Positions 37,514 through 49,050 of a stretch of DNA of 64,000 nucleotides are shown piece after piece. Location of the stretch: positions 64,001 through 128,000 of the forward strand of contig JBBRSB010000001.1 in assembly GCA_038245785.1 (NCBI GenBank), given 5' to 3'. The DNA comes from Gloeobacterales cyanobacterium. GTDB taxonomy: Bacteria > Cyanobacteriota > Cyanobacteriia > Gloeobacterales > PMM-0068. The notes below the pieces were generated by a model that ran no database searches, was not told where the DNA came from, and saw only the letters and a list, made by a program, of their open reading frames with translations. The position numbers were made by a program, and so were the translations under genes. Numbering within the stretch: the first letter of the stretch is position 1; every line of letters begins with the position of its first letter.

Positions 37514-39370
37514 ATGGACAAAGTTCCTACCTCTGAAGACGATCTTACCTTCCTCGGATGGGGCATCCTTGGAGTGGTTATTTTAAGCTTGGGATTTATG
37601 TTTTTTGCCCCCTCTGTGCCATCGGTTCAAAATATTCCCTACAGTCAGTTTTTACAGGAAGCCAATAGTGGAAAAATTGAGGAAGTTACGCTTTCTAATC
37701 AACAAATTGTCGGCACCTATCGCCATAATGCTGCCCTTAAAACTGAACGCTTTAGAACAATCCCTGTGCCTGATGCAAACCTGCTCCCAGTCCTCCAGCA
37801 GAATGGAGTCACCTTTGATGGTTCGGTGGAAGCCACTGGTTTTAGTGGTGGGATTGCCTGGCCTATCCTGATCTTTGCCTTTCTAGGGCTGGGCTGGCTT
37901 TTTAGTCGAAGAAGCAGCCCAGAAAAGGGATTGATGTCTTTTAGTAAAAGTGGAGCCCGCTTGTCTACAGGGATTGGAGCGCCCAAAACAACCTTTGCCG
38001 ATGTAGCTGGGGTAGATGAAGCCAAGCAAGAGCTTATGGAAGTAGTGGAATTTCTGCGCAACCCTCAGAAATTCACTCGTTTAGGAGGGAAAGTCCCCAA
38101 AGGGATTTTACTCATCGGTCCTCCCGGAACAGGAAAAACTCTGATAGCTAGAGCCTTAGCGGGCGAAGCAGGCGTGCCGTTCTTTTCGATTGGCGGTTCT
38201 GCTTTCGTAGAGATGTTTGTCGGGGTGGGTTCTGCGCGGGTGCGAGATTTATTTGAACAGGCTAAGACCCAAGCCCCTTGCATTATTTTTATCGATGAAC
38301 TGGATGCTATCGGGAAGTCAAGGGGTAACAATCCGATGATGTCCAATGATGAACGAGAGCAAACGCTGAACCAGTTGCTCTCCGAAATGGATGGCTTCGA
38401 CCCCACGGAAAATATTATTGTCGTTGGCGCCACCAACCGTCCAGATGCCCTAGACCAGGCACTCTTACGCCCTGGTCGGTTTGATCGTCAGGTGCTGGTA
38501 GACCGTCCCGATAGAAATGGCCGTTTGGCAGTATTAAACCTATATATCCGGAAAGTGCCGCTATCAGAAAATGTGGATTTAGACCTATTGGCGGCTGAAA
38601 CGATGGGCTTTTCAGGAGCAGACCTGGCTAACCTGATTAATGAAGCAGCGCTTTTGGCGGCCCGGAGAGATGCCCCGTCCGTAGAAATGAAAGATTTGAA
38701 TGAGGCCTTAGAACGCTTGATTGCTGGATTGCAGAAAATAGGGCGGGTGCTGAATACACAAGAACGCATGACCGTCGCCTATCACGAAATCGGTCATGCC
38801 ATTGTCGGCAGTAGTGTCCTGGGCTCTAACCCATTGCGCAAAATTTCGATTATTCCACGGGGGCAGCAAGCCCTAGGCTATACCCTGCAACTTCCCCAGG
38901 AAGACCGCCATCTGCGTACCCGAACAGAACTGTTTGGTCAGCTTGCCACGCTTTTGGGCGGAAGGGCAGCGGAAGATTTGATATTCAACGGAGAGGTTTC
39001 CACCGGAGCTGCCAATGACCTTGCCAAAGTTACAGAGTTAGCGGAGCAGATGGTGACCCAACTAGGCATGAGCCATGACCTCGGAAATGTTTGCTATCTG
39101 CGCGAAGGTCGGAATTTTTTGGAAGATAGCGATGGTATGGGACGACGCAAAACCAGTGAAGCCACCGCTCAGATGATTGACCGAGCTATTCGAGATTTGG
39201 TGGACGAAGCCTACGACCAAGCAATGGCTACTCTGCGCCAAAATCATCCTCTCTTAGAAGAGATGGCCCAGAGTCTTTTGACCCATGAGTGCCTAGAAGG
39301 TGCTTATTTAGAACAATTCCTGCAAAAAATTAAGGGACGGACTTTAAATGTTAAGGCAATCCATTCTTAA
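37514..39370 (+). CDS. ftsH: ATP-dependent zinc metalloprotease FtsH
   Basis: GPPGTGKT, FIDELD, EQTLNQLL, RPGRFDR, AYHEIGH. Confidence 0.96.
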   Translation: MDKVPTSEDDLTFLGWGILGVVILSLGFMFFAPSVPSVQNIPYSQFLQEANSGKIEEVTLSNQQIVGTYRHNAALKTERFRTIPVPDANLLPVLQQNGVTFDGSVEATGFSGGIAWPILIFAFLGLGWLFSRRSSPEKGLMSFSKSGARLSTGIGAPKTTFADVAGVDEAKQELMEVVEFLRNPQKFTRLGGKVPKGILLIGPPGTGKTLIARALAGEAGVPFFSIGGSAFVEMFVGVGSARVRDLFEQAKTQAPCIIFIDELDAIGKSRGNNPMMSNDEREQTLNQLLSEMDGFDPTENIIVVGATNRPDALDQALLRPGRFDRQVLVDRPDRNGRLAVLNLYIRKVPLSENVDLDLLAAETMGFSGADLANLINEAALLAARRDAPSVEMKDLNEALERLIAGLQKIGRVLNTQERMTVAYHEIGHAIVGSSVLGSNPLRKISIIPRGQQALGYTLQLPQEDRHLRTRTELFGQLATLLGGRAAEDLIFNGEVSTGAANDLAKVTELAEQMVTQLGMSHDLGNVCYLREGRNFLEDSDGMGRRKTSEATAQMIDRAIRDLVDEAYDQAMATLRQNHPLLEEMAQSLLTHECLEGAYLEQFLQKIKGRTLNVKAIHS

Positions 39371-39525
39371 CTAAAACTGTACTTTTTGTAACGATTCTGA
39401 ATAGTTATTATGAGAGCAAGCAAATCCTCTTTGAGACTGCTCATCGCTAAGGTTACAAAGATAAAAGCCCTAGTGCTTTGGCATTAGGGCTGAGGACGCA
39501 GTTAGGAGGTATCTTATGGCTTATT

Positions 39526-40662
39526 TTAGTTCTTCTCCTCTGGTTTCGTATGGTTTTTAATAACTTCTTTAGGTATAGATACCTTTTTTGACGTCTCTAG
39601 CTTTGATGTTTCTGGATGACTACGGGAGTAAAGGGCAGCCGTGAGATGCTCTGCTGTCGCTTGTACAGACGCAATTGCCCGGTCGTACTGTAAACGGGTG
39701 GGACCGAGAATGCTCACGGAGCCGACGGGAACCCCATCTTGTTCATAGGTCTGAGATACCAAAGTACAGGCTTGCATCGGTTCTAAAGGATTTTCCGACC
39801 CAATGCGAATCGTCACCTTGCTCTGGGCAGTGAAGTCCTGAGGGGCAATCAGGGAGCCAAGTTCTTCTCTCTGTTCTTCTAGGAGGCTAACTAGAGCCTT
39901 TACCCGATAGGGGTCTAGAAATTCTGGTTGGCTGAGGACTGCATGTACACCACTGATGAAAATTTGCTCTGTCTGAGGTCTAGTGATGGTTTGCCGAACC
40001 AGATCAAAAAGCCCGCGCACGAAATCTGCCCACTGGCTAAATTCTCGATGAAGTTCTCCCAATTGCTGAGTGGAGAGGTCCGTTAGCGGTTGCTTGGTCA
40101 GCGTCGCATTTAAGAAATTATTCAGCAGCTCTAGCTCTTCTGACTGTGTGGCCTCGGGCAATTCTACAATCAGCGACTGCGTATGATACGAATCGGTGAC
40201 CACAATCAGCATCGCTCTGCGTTCATCAATAGCGACAAGCTGCAGATGACGGATTTGAGGATGTTGACCCCTAGGTGCTGTGACCATGGCGACATAGCCG
40301 CTCAGGGAAGACAAAATGCGGGAAGCCCCTTGCAGAAGACTCTCCAGGCTACGGCATGAATGGTTATCCAGCGCACTGGACAAGGCTTCAGTCATAGACT
40401 GGGCCAAAAATGCCGGCGGTTCTAACAGCTCATTGACATAGACGCGATAGCCAAAGTCAGAGGGGATGCGTCCGGCAGAAGTATGAGGTTGGAATAGTAA
40501 ACCCGCATTCTCAAGCAAGTTCATGACATTGCGAATTGTGGCTGAACTAACCCCAAAATCAAATTGCTCCGTAAGGGTTTTAGAGCCAACAGGTTCTGCC
40601 GTAGCGATGTAGCAACGCACCGTGGCTTGAAAAATTTGTTGCTGGCGGGAATTGAGTTTCAT
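39526..40662 (-). CDS. hrcA: Heat-inducible transcription repressor
   Basis: EPVGSK, SSATIRN, QPHTSAGRIPS, GPTRLQY. Confidence 0.95.
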   Translation of the reverse strand: MKLNSRQQQIFQATVRCYIATAEPVGSKTLTEQFDFGVSSATIRNVMNLLENAGLLFQPHTSAGRIPSDFGYRVYVNELLEPPAFLAQSMTEALSSALDNHSCRSLESLLQGASRILSSLSGYVAMVTAPRGQHPQIRHLQLVAIDERRAMLIVVTDSYHTQSLIVELPEATQSEELELLNNFLNATLTKQPLTDLSTQQLGELHREFSQWADFVRGLFDLVRQTITRPQTEQIFISGVHAVLSQPEFLDPYRVKALVSLLEEQREELGSLIAPQDFTAQSKVTIRIGSENPLEPMQACTLVSQTYEQDGVPVGSVSILGPTRLQYDRAIASVQATAEHLTAALYSRSHPETSKLETSKKVSIPKEVIKNHTKPEEKN

Positions 40663-40896
40663 GAAAACCTCTTGCCTATAGGCTGATTACAGAAAGGCTC
40701 GTGGCTGTTTATGAATAGAGGTTTTTCTGGTGGTAAAACAGTGGTCTTGTGCACGTTTAGCTAGCTTCGGTTTAATAGATAGTTGGACCATATTGTACCC
40801 GTATCCCTTGATCCGTGCGCATCTCCGCTGGACATAATCGTTTTGACCATACCTGTGGGAGCTGATAGTCCACGAGGGATGGTTTAAGATTGGCGC

Positions 40897-42021
40897 ATGG
40901 CTATCGTTTCTTCCCACAGTCCCCAACCGTCTAACCAACCTCCTGAGCAGCCCGCGACTAATAAAGCTTCTAAGGTAGTTAAGTCTGTGGAGCCTTTACT
41001 CCAAGGTACTACTTTGGATACCGAGGAGCAGGGTAACCAAGAAGAAACTATCCGTCCCCAATCGATGAATGAGTACATTGGCCAGAAAGCGCTCAAGGAT
41101 GTTTTGTCTATTGCGATTCAGGCGGCTCAGTCACGGGGTGAATCTTTAGACCATCTCCTGTTCTACGGTCCGCCTGGTTTAGGAAAAACAACAATTTCTC
41201 AGATTCTGGCCCAGGCGATGGGGGTCAAGCTCCATCTAACCAGTGCCCCCGCTCTTTCCAGTCCCAAGGATATTGCCGGACTTTTGGTGAATATCCAACC
41301 TGGAGACCTTCTGTTTATTGATGAAATTCATCGACTGCCAAGGGTCAGTGAAGAAATTCTCTATCCGGCAATGGAAGATTTTCGCCTGGACATCACGATT
41401 GGGAAGGGCCGTAGTGCCCGGATCACCAGTATCAACCTGCCCAAATTCACCTTGGTCGGCGCCACTACTAAAATTGGTGCGTTGACTTCTCCTTTGAGAG
41501 ACCGCTTCGGCCTGGTCCAACGTTTGCGCTTCTATGAATTGGATGAACTGGAGGCGATTGTTACCCGCACCGCTCGCCTATTAGAGATTGCGATTGAACC
41601 GATGGGGGCGAATGAATTGGCCCGTCGCTCTAGAGGTACGCCCCGGATTGCCAATCGCTTACTGCGCAGAGTCCGCGACTATGCCCAAGTGAAAGCAGAA
41701 GGGACAATCACTCAAGATGTAGCCGCCAAAGCCCTAGAACTGTTTAATGTCGACCCGATGGGCTTAGATTGGACGGACCGCAAGCTGCTCCAAACTTTGA
41801 TTGAGAACTATGGCGGTGGCCCCGTCGGTCTTGATACTTTGGCGGCGGCCACGGGAGAAGACAGCCAGACTTTGGAAGAAGTGTATGAGCCTTATCTATT
41901 GCAAATTGGCTACTTGCAACGGACGCCGCGAGGAAGAATGGCAACGGCAAGCGCCTATCAACACTTAGGCTATCAAGCGCCTCAGATGCCTGTTGAACAG
42001 ATCCCTTTAGATATGAGTTAG
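40897..42021 (+). CDS. ruvB: Holliday junction branch-migration helicase
   Basis: [33 protein letters not shown]. Confidence 0.97.
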   Translation: MAIVSSHSPQPSNQPPEQPATNKASKVVKSVEPLLQGTTLDTEEQGNQEETIRPQSMNEYIGQKALKDVLSIAIQAAQSRGESLDHLLFYGPPGLGKTTISQILAQAMGVKLHLTSAPALSSPKDIAGLLVNIQPGDLLFIDEIHRLPRVSEEILYPAMEDFRLDITIGKGRSARITSINLPKFTLVGATTKIGALTSPLRDRFGLVQRLRFYELDELEAIVTRTARLLEIAIEPMGANELARRSRGTPRIANRLLRRVRDYAQVKAEGTITQDVAAKALELFNVDPMGLDWTDRKLLQTLIENYGGGPVGLDTLAAATGEDSQTLEEVYEPYLLQIGYLQRTPRGRMATASAYQHLGYQAPQMPVEQIPLDMS

Positions 42022-42082
42022 GTTGCCCAGATGTTCTCTATACAATAGAAGCCACAGCTTGGCCCCTTGGAGGCTGCTACCT

Positions 42083-42646
42083 ATGGTCCAAACACCATCC
42101 AAAATCCTAACGTTAGAAGAGTTTCTGAAACTGCCGGAAACCAAACCTGCCAGTGAGTACGTTGACGGTCAAATTATTCAAAAACCGATGCCAAAAGGTA
42201 AACACAGCACGATCCAACGAGATTTGATGTTCGCGATTGAGGCTGTATTGAAGCCCAAACGGATTGCACGAGCCTTTCCTGAGCTGCGTTGTACATTTGG
42301 TGAGCGGTCGACCGTGCCCGATGTATCTGTGTTTCTCGCTGAGAGAATTCCTCGCGATGAGAAGGGTGAAGTTGCCAACTTGTTCCAGATAGTCCCTGAT
42401 TGGACCATTGAGATTTTGTCCCCGGACCAGAGCCAGACTAGAGTTACCAAAAATATTCTGCATTGTCTAAAAAATGGAACGCAGATGGGTTGGCTCATTG
42501 ATCCGGAAGAACAGACGGTGTTTGTCTATCTACCAAAACAAGAGCCGCAAATATTCGATGATCTAGAGCAGCAGCTTCCTGTCCCAGCTTTTGCTGCTGA
42601 GTTGCAATTGAGTGTGGGTGAATTATTTGGTTGGCTTTTGGAGTAA
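42083..42646 (+). CDS. Uma2-family endonuclease
   Basis: LPETKPASEY, PELRCTF, PDWTIEILSP. Confidence 0.92.
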   Translation: MVQTPSKILTLEEFLKLPETKPASEYVDGQIIQKPMPKGKHSTIQRDLMFAIEAVLKPKRIARAFPELRCTFGERSTVPDVSVFLAERIPRDEKGEVANLFQIVPDWTIEILSPDQSQTRVTKNILHCLKNGTQMGWLIDPEEQTVFVYLPKQEPQIFDDLEQQLPVPAFAAELQLSVGELFGWLLE

Positions 42647-42651
42647 TTTTC

Positions 42652-42945
42652 ATGAAGCTAGACCGTATTACCAGTAGCCCGAATCGAATGAATGGTCAGC
42701 CCTGCATTCGCGATCTGCGCCTCACGGTTCGTCGGCTACTTGAATTGCTAGCAACTTATCCAGATCGACAAGAATTGTTTCAAGAATTTCCAGAACTGGA
42801 AGAAGAAGATATTCAACAAGCATTAGTTGTTGCCAGCAATAAAAGACTGCGATCATTAGGTTTGGATACAGGAGTGTTTACTGTTCCAGATGACTTTGAT
42901 GCACCCTTGCCTGAAGATATCCTAGATGCATTTGAGGGCAAGTAA
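42652..42945 (+). CDS. DUF433 protein carrying an antitoxin-type tail (probable chimera)
   Basis: MNGQPCIRDLRLTV...FPELEEEDI followed by R.LGLD.G.F.VPDDFDAPLPEDIL.AFEG. Confidence 0.7.
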   Translation: MKLDRITSSPNRMNGQPCIRDLRLTVRRLLELLATYPDRQELFQEFPELEEEDIQQALVVASNKRLRSLGLDTGVFTVPDDFDAPLPEDILDAFEGK

Positions 42946-43028
42946 GAATTCTGTTAGATACGTATATATTCTTGGGGCCCAGCGCTAACTTATACCAGTC
43001 CTAATAAGATAAAACAGACCAAATCTCC

Positions 43029-44396
43029 TCAGCGTCCGCCCACAACCACATTAGCAATGCGAATATGAGGACCGCCTACGGCAACAGGAAGCGGGGATTG
43101 GCCGCCCTTGCCACATCCGCCATTGAGCCAAAGCTGGTCAGAACCAATCGCTTCGATATCTTTGAGGGATTGGAATACATTTCCGGTCAGGTTTACATCG
43201 CTTATAGGTTCGGCGATTTTGCCGTTGCGGATCATATAGCCTTCCGCTGCCGCAAAGGTAAACATCTCGCCATTCGTTTGACCGCCCAACATCCGTACGG
43301 CGTAGATGCCTTCTTCGATATCGCGGATCATGTCGTCAAAGGATTGGTCTCCGCCAAGGATGCCAGTGTTTGTCATCCGCACAATCGGAGGATGAGTCGC
43401 TCCCATAGCGCGGGCATTACCCGTGGGCTTTTCATTCAACTTGCCAGCGGTTTCTCGATTGTGAAGCCGTTGAGTGAGGATGCCATCTTTAATCAGGTAC
43501 TTGCATTGAGCAGGAACCCCTTCATCGTCATAGACCAAGCTACCGGGCAGATTAGGAATCGTAGCGTCATCCACCACCGTCAAACTGGGATGGGCAATCG
43601 GTTCGCCCAGGACCAACAGTTCTTGCATCCGGGGATTTTCATAGACAAAATCAGCTTCTGAAAGATGACCAAAAGCCTCATGCATGAATACGCCTGCCAG
43701 ATAAGGGTCGAGCACGACCGTGTACTGTCCACCTTTCACGGGTTTGGCCTCTAGCTGTCCCAAAGCTCGTTTCGCCGCCCCATGAACCTGCTCTTCCAAG
43801 CCTTCTAAAACATTGAAATCAGTACGGGAATGAACTGATTCAAACCCTTGTCGGACCGTAGCACCGTCTCGTACTACTACGCCAAACCGTCCAGACACAT
43901 CTAGACGCTCCTGTTCCAAAGCCGTCCCGATCGAATTGACAAAATAGGTGGTACGAAAACGGTCAGAGATGCCCACCATCGTCGTTTGGATGCGTGGGTC
44001 TAGCTGGAGCAGTAAATCGTTGTACTTCTGGGCTAAAGCTCGTTTTTCAACTAGGGAAACTCCCCTGGGATCTCGGCCCAAAGCTACCCGCACCGTATCT
44101 TCCACGGGGTCTACGGCAGCCAAATGAGTCTGCTCATGGCCCACCAGTTTTGCCTGGGCAATCGCCTCCGCCACTCGGTTCTCTAGACCTTCCAAGCTAT
44201 TGAATGTAACGAAACTCCAGCCACCTTTATGACAGGCCCGTATTCCTCCAGCTAGAGAGAAATTCCGGTCCACCGAATCCAAGAGTGCGCCGCGAAAGCC
44301 GAGACTGGTAGACTCACTCTTCTCGAGCCGGATTTCCAAGTAGTCCACTTGATCGCGGTAGGGTTTGAGTGCATCAAGGAGCCGTTGTTTCATCAC
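43029..44396 (-). CDS. tldD: TldD-family metalloprotease
   Basis: HEAFGHLSEAD, DDEG, RMTNT, CGKGGQ. Confidence 0.92.
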   Translation of the reverse strand: MMKQRLLDALKPYRDQVDYLEIRLEKSESTSLGFRGALLDSVDRNFSLAGGIRACHKGGWSFVTFNSLEGLENRVAEAIAQAKLVGHEQTHLAAVDPVEDTVRVALGRDPRGVSLVEKRALAQKYNDLLLQLDPRIQTTMVGISDRFRTTYFVNSIGTALEQERLDVSGRFGVVVRDGATVRQGFESVHSRTDFNVLEGLEEQVHGAAKRALGQLEAKPVKGGQYTVVLDPYLAGVFMHEAFGHLSEADFVYENPRMQELLVLGEPIAHPSLTVVDDATIPNLPGSLVYDDEGVPAQCKYLIKDGILTQRLHNRETAGKLNEKPTGNARAMGATHPPIVRMTNTGILGGDQSFDDMIRDIEEGIYAVRMLGGQTNGEMFTFAAAEGYMIRNGKIAEPISDVNLTGNVFQSLKDIEAIGSDQLWLNGGCGKGGQSPLPVAVGGPHIRIANVVVGGR

Positions 44397-44638
44397 ATTT
44401 GCCTAGCTAATACCGGGTCTTTTCATCATACTCGGGCACCCATTACCCATTGATATTCACAGACGACAAGTCGTTTGCATACTGTCAAAAATTGCTCAAA
44501 AAGGATGTTTCTCCCCCAAACTTGGCAGGGCTGATTCATTCTTCGAAAGGAGGCATAGGGGATCAGGCCTCTAGACATACCCCTCAGTCCCGTAAGGGAC
44601 TGAGGGGTATGAAACAGCTCTTGGGGCCAGGGGGACTT

Positions 44639-44673
44639 AAAAAAGGGTACGGATACATGACGTATCCGTACCC
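44639..44673 (-). terminator. Intrinsic terminator for the upstream minus-strand gene
   Basis: GGGTACGGATAC-ATGAC-GTATCCGTACCC with an adjacent A6 run (U-tract on the minus strand). Confidence 0.7.
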
Positions 44674-44703
44674 TCCATAACCTGTGAACTTTTATTTAGA
44701 AAC

Positions 44704-45273
44704 TTACGAGCCGAGCTTAGCCACGAACTTCGCTAGAGCCGCTTTATTTGCTTTGAGCAGAGCATTATTCTGCACAGCCTTGCTTCCTTCTGCGAGGGGA
44801 GCGGGTGTACCCAGGTCAATTCCTAGTTTTTCCGCAGCACTCTTGAGGACTGCCCGATTCTGCAAAAGCGTGGCTTGATTCTGATCCACTACCGTTCCTT
44901 CCGTTGAGGGAGGGGTATCAATAGGAGTAGTCCCAGCCTTGGCGGCAATTGCTTTGAAGGTGAGCTGGTTCTTTAAAAAGAGAATGCGATTCTTTTCAGC
45001 TGGAGTACTCTTTCCTTCGAAAGAGGCGATTAGGCTCTTTTCAGCCTCCGTACCAAAATTTGCGTCACCGCCCATCTTGGCTAAAATCTTGAGCGCTGTT
45101 TCTCTATTTTCTTGGACAAGCTTGCCATTTTCTAGAAGGATGGCTTCATCGCCAGCACTAGCACTCTCAGCCATGGCAGGAAGCTGCACGAAGCTAGGAA
45201 CAAAGGCAAATCCTGTGCTCAGAATTCCTGCAGCTACCAAACTCATGCTGATCTGTAAGATTGAACGATTCAT
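44704..45273 (-). CDS. Hypothetical exported helical-repeat protein
   Basis: Signal peptide ending PAMA; four L..N...L...AK.G-like repeats. Confidence 0.7.
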   Translation of the reverse strand: MNRSILQISMSLVAAGILSTGFAFVPSFVQLPAMAESASAGDEAILLENGKLVQENRETALKILAKMGGDANFGTEAEKSLIASFEGKSTPAEKNRILFLKNQLTFKAIAAKAGTTPIDTPPSTEGTVVDQNQATLLQNRAVLKSAAEKLGIDLGTPAPLAEGSKAVQNNALLKANKAALAKFVAKLGS

Positions 45274-45638
45274 CAGTAAACTCCTTAGACCTATCTGTTG
45301 AAAAATGAAAACGATTGCCCTTCCGTAGAGGACTACTCAAAATTGCATGGCGTATATATAAATTTTTGTGTAATTCGACACCAAATACCCACATTCATGC
45401 AGATATTGCATGAAACTGATACGCACTCAGCTCAGCTTATGAATGCACTATCAGGATTCCTCATGCTTCATGCGAAGAGAATACTAGAACGCTGTCCGTA
45501 CTGCTTCTAGGAGCGTTGTGCACAATGTGAACCTTGACATAAAGACTATAGAGTACAGATAATCAAGGACTGTTCAATTTGCTCGGACCAGGGATAAGCG
45601 GGTTTTCCCCTCCTGTACGGCGTTAGATGAAGGTAATT

Positions 45639-46037
45639 ATGGGTTACGCAATTATTGAATCCGGTGGTCGGCAGTTACGGGTGGAAGTCGGTCGTTTCTA
45701 TGACTTAGATCTCCTTTATAGTTCTGCTGATGAAGATAGAGTTTTGCTAGAAGAAGGGGCCGATTTGAGCTTCGACCGTGTACTTATGGTACGCGCTGAT
45801 GAAGAGAACCTGACCGTGGGGCAGCCTTATGTAGAAGGTGCCGTAGTCAAAGGTAAGGTCCTTCGCCACGGGAAAGCCCGCAAAATAATCATCTACAAGA
45901 TGCGTCCGAAGAAAGGCTATCGTCGTAAGAAAGGACACCGTCAGCAATATAGTCGCTTCATGGTGGAATCTATCGAAATCAAAGGGCAGGCTATTGCCGC
46001 TCCTGCAGAAGCAGCCCCGGCTAGAGAAGCAGCTTAA
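45639..46037 (+). CDS. rplU: 50S ribosomal protein L21
   Basis: YAIIESGGRQ, GQPYVEGA, KKGHRQ. Confidence 0.95.
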   Translation: MGYAIIESGGRQLRVEVGRFYDLDLLYSSADEDRVLLEEGADLSFDRVLMVRADEENLTVGQPYVEGAVVKGKVLRHGKARKIIIYKMRPKKGYRRKKGHRQQYSRFMVESIEIKGQAIAAPAEAAPAREAA

Positions 46038-46073
46038 ATTCAGTCCATATTCAGTCAGTAAGGGAAAGAAGTC

Positions 46074-46343
46074 ATGGCACATAAAAAAGGTACAGGCTCT
46101 ACGCGGAACGGTCGGGATTCCAATGCTCAACGCTTGGGCGTCAAGCGCTACGGCGGTCAGGTTGTTCGCGCCGGAAATATCTTGGTTCGTCAACGGGGCA
46201 CCCACTTCCATCCTGGCAACAATGTGGGCCGGGGCTCTGATGACACCCTGTTCGCTTTGATCGATGGCGAAGTCATCTTCGAGCGCTTAGGCAAGAGCCG
46301 TCAGAAAATCAGCGTCTACGCCAAGGCTGCTGTATCTGCTTAA
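46074..46343 (+). CDS. rpmA: 50S ribosomal protein L27
   Basis: [16 protein letters not shown]. Confidence 0.98.
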   Translation: MAHKKGTGSTRNGRDSNAQRLGVKRYGGQVVRAGNILVRQRGTHFHPGNNVGRGSDDTLFALIDGEVIFERLGKSRQKISVYAKAAVSA

Positions 46344-46434
46344 TTTTGGGGGCAGGCCTTTCCGGATCGGATGATGCAGGCAAGTTCTATACCCCTGTAT
46401 CATAGGAAAGGCTTGCCCTAATTTGTATTAATTC

Positions 46435-47481
46435 ATGCCCCGTGCCAAACTCAGCGATGCCGAACGCCAAGAACTAATTCGGCTTTACCAAACTACAGAT
46501 GCCACGGCGATTACCCTGGCAGAAAAATTTGATATCAGTGTGAGCACGGCTACTCGGATGCTCAAGGCAAACCTCCCCGAAGCGGAGTATCAAGAGCTCT
46601 CTAAGGGAAAGCGGAAAAGAGGGGTGGAAACGCGAGGGACTTCGACGGTAACTGTCGAGGCGACACCTGAAGCTCCTTCCGAGCCTATTGAGGCAATGAC
46701 GGCTGAAGTCGTGGGGTCCGAAGTGGCTACAGATGAAGTCATAGTATCCGAGGATCTGGCGGCTGAGCCGATAGCTGCTGAAGTGCCCGAAGTCGCCACA
46801 GAACCATTGGTCACGCCCACTCGCTCTAAGCGACCTCCCCGCATTTCGCGAGCAAGGGCTGCTGCCAACGCTGCCGCAGAAAAGGCTGCTGCCGAAAAAG
46901 CTGAATTGCTTGATTCCATCCCTGTCTTTACAGAAGGACGTGATCCTCAACCAGAAATTTCGGCCCTGGAATATTTTGATCAAGGTAGCGACACTCAGGA
47001 GCAGGGAGATCTAGATGCTTCGCCCGTGGATGTGCAAACTTTTGAAGACCTAGAACTGCCGCGCATCTGCTATATCGTGGTGGACCGTGCATCAGAATTG
47101 GTCGCTCGTCCCTTACGGGATTTCCGACAATTGGGCACCATGTCTGCTCTTGATGCAGACGCACTAGCGATTCCTGTGTTTGATAATCATCGCTGGGCCC
47201 GTAAGTTTTCCAATCGTTTCCAACGTATTCTGAAAGTCCCTTCCTATCTTCTCGATATCACGCGGCACTATCTGGTGGACCGAGGTATTACCAGAGCAAT
47301 CATGGGCAAAAAAGTCTACTCTTTGGAGCGAGAAGGAGTCTCTGGAGACCAAGTTATGACCATGGTTTCGGACGAGGAAGAATTGCTCTACACAACGGCT
47401 AGCTTTGGCGATCTTGATGACTTCAACGAGTCTGATGATTCTAATGATAATGATGACGATGCTTCCTTTGAGGACGAGTAG
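46435..47481 (+). CDS. Cyanobacterial hypothetical protein: N-terminal HTH, low-complexity linker, acidic tail
   Basis: [14 protein letters not shown]...[31 protein letters not shown]. Confidence 0.75.
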   Translation: MPRAKLSDAERQELIRLYQTTDATAITLAEKFDISVSTATRMLKANLPEAEYQELSKGKRKRGVETRGTSTVTVEATPEAPSEPIEAMTAEVVGSEVATDEVIVSEDLAAEPIAAEVPEVATEPLVTPTRSKRPPRISRARAAANAAAEKAAAEKAELLDSIPVFTEGRDPQPEISALEYFDQGSDTQEQGDLDASPVDVQTFEDLELPRICYIVVDRASELVARPLRDFRQLGTMSALDADALAIPVFDNHRWARKFSNRFQRILKVPSYLLDITRHYLVDRGITRAIMGKKVYSLEREGVSGDQVMTMVSDEEELLYTTASFGDLDDFNESDDSNDNDDDASFEDE

Positions 47482-47483
47482 CG

Positions 47484-48296
47484 ATGGTTGCAACCCAGTC
47501 TGCCCTTGATACCCTCGTAATCGCAGGCCGCACTTTTTCTTCCCGCCTGTTCACGGGGACCGGAAAATATCGCAACTTTGAGGAAATGAACCAAGCGCTT
47601 TCTCAGAGTGGCTGTGAAGTGATCACAGTCGCGGTAAGAAGAGCTGAAATGGGCGCTGCTGGCCATGTGGGATTGACCAAAGCGATCGATTGGACTCAGT
47701 ACTGGATGCTGCCGAATACCGCTGGTTGTGCCGATGCAGAAGATGCAGTACGGGTGGCCTTGCTCGGTCGAGAAATGGCCAAGATTCTGGGCCAAGAGGA
47801 CAATAATTGGGTCAAATTGGAAGTCATCCGCGACCCCAAAACCTTGCTGCCGGACCCGATCGGCACCTATGAAGCAGCAAAAATACTGGTTGCCAAGGGT
47901 TTTGCGGTTTTACCCTATATCAATGCTGACCCAGAACTGGCCCGTCATCTTTGGGAAATCGGCTGTGTGACGGTCATGCCCTTGGGCTCTCCGATTGGTT
48001 CGGGACAGGGCATCAAAAACATAGAGAATATTCAAATTATCATCGAGCGCTCACCCGTTCCTGTAGTGGTGGATGCTGGGATTGGAGTGCCTTCTGAAGC
48101 GGCCCAGGCTATGGAAATGGGAGCCAGTGCCCTCTTGATCAATACTGCTATCGCTCAGGCCAGTGACCCTGGAATGATGGGAAAAGCGATGGGGCAGGCT
48201 ACCCAGGCAGGACGCTTGGCCTATTTGGCGGGCAGAATTCCTAAACGAACAGAAGCCGCCGCCAGTTCGCCACTCGTTGGACGGATTACTCCATGA
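47484..48296 (+). CDS. thiG: Thiazole synthase
   Basis: [32 protein letters not shown]. Confidence 0.96.
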   Translation: MVATQSALDTLVIAGRTFSSRLFTGTGKYRNFEEMNQALSQSGCEVITVAVRRAEMGAAGHVGLTKAIDWTQYWMLPNTAGCADAEDAVRVALLGREMAKILGQEDNNWVKLEVIRDPKTLLPDPIGTYEAAKILVAKGFAVLPYINADPELARHLWEIGCVTVMPLGSPIGSGQGIKNIENIQIIIERSPVPVVVDAGIGVPSEAAQAMEMGASALLINTAIAQASDPGMMGKAMGQATQAGRLAYLAGRIPKRTEAAASSPLVGRITP

Positions 48297-48991
48297 AGAT
48301 AGGGATTGTTGTTTTTCCCGGAACGAACCGAGAACGAGATGTGGCCCAGGTGACAGAGGGTTTACTTGGCTGCCCTACACGCTTTCTGTGGCATCAGGAC
48401 ACGGATCTAGCGGACAGTGATGTGGTGATTCTGCCTGGTGGTTTTAGCTACGGCGATTACTTGCGGTGCGGGGCCGTGGCGCGTTTTTCCCCGATCATGC
48501 AGGCGGTGCGTCAGCATGCGGAGCGCGGCGGCTATGTGCTTGGGATTTGTAATGGCTTCCAAGTATTGACAGAATCAGGACTCTTGCCAGGAGCCTTGGT
48601 GCGCAATCGGGACTTGAAGTTTATCTGTGACTGGGTGCACCTGCGGGTAGAAAACACGGATGCTCTATGGACTCGTGCCTATAGCAACGGCCAAGTTATT
48701 CGGGTGCCGGTGGCCCATGGGGAAGGTTGCTATTATGCAGACCCCGATACGATCCAGCGTTTAGAAGATAACCAGCAAGTAGTTGTCCGCTATTCCGATG
48801 CTCACGGGGAGTGCTCGGAGGCAGCTAATATCAATGGCTCTTTGAACCATATTGCCGGAATTCGTAATGAGCGAGGCAATGTGGTAGGCCTCATGCCCCA
48901 CCTTGAAAATGCTTGTGACCCAGCATTGGGAAACACGGACGGCCTCAAATTCTTCGAAGGCATGGCCGCTGAAGTACTGGCTCTTATCTAG
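48293..48991 (+). CDS. purQ: FGAM synthase glutaminase subunit
   Basis: [25 protein letters not shown]. Confidence 0.96.
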   Translation: MKIGIVVFPGTNRERDVAQVTEGLLGCPTRFLWHQDTDLADSDVVILPGGFSYGDYLRCGAVARFSPIMQAVRQHAERGGYVLGICNGFQVLTESGLLPGALVRNRDLKFICDWVHLRVENTDALWTRAYSNGQVIRVPVAHGEGCYYADPDTIQRLEDNQQVVVRYSDAHGECSEAANINGSLNHIAGIRNERGNVVGLMPHLENACDPALGNTDGLKFFEGMAAEVLALI

Positions 48992-49010
48992 TTAGCTATT
49001 AGACAAACAA

Positions 49011-49032
49011 AAAAGCTCCTTAGGGAGCTTTT
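49011..49032. terminator. Bidirectional intrinsic terminator
   Basis: AAAAGCTCC-TTAG-GGAGCTTTT between convergent genes. Confidence 0.75.
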
Positions 49033-49050
49033 CAATGTTCTATTCAATTT

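Noticed and set aside
39370..40900. CIRCE element near hrcA/ftsH
   Set aside because: No TTAGCACTC-N9-GAGTGCTAA seen
46435..47481. Transposase
   Set aside because: HTH only; no DDE catalytic domain or inverted repeats; housekeeping context
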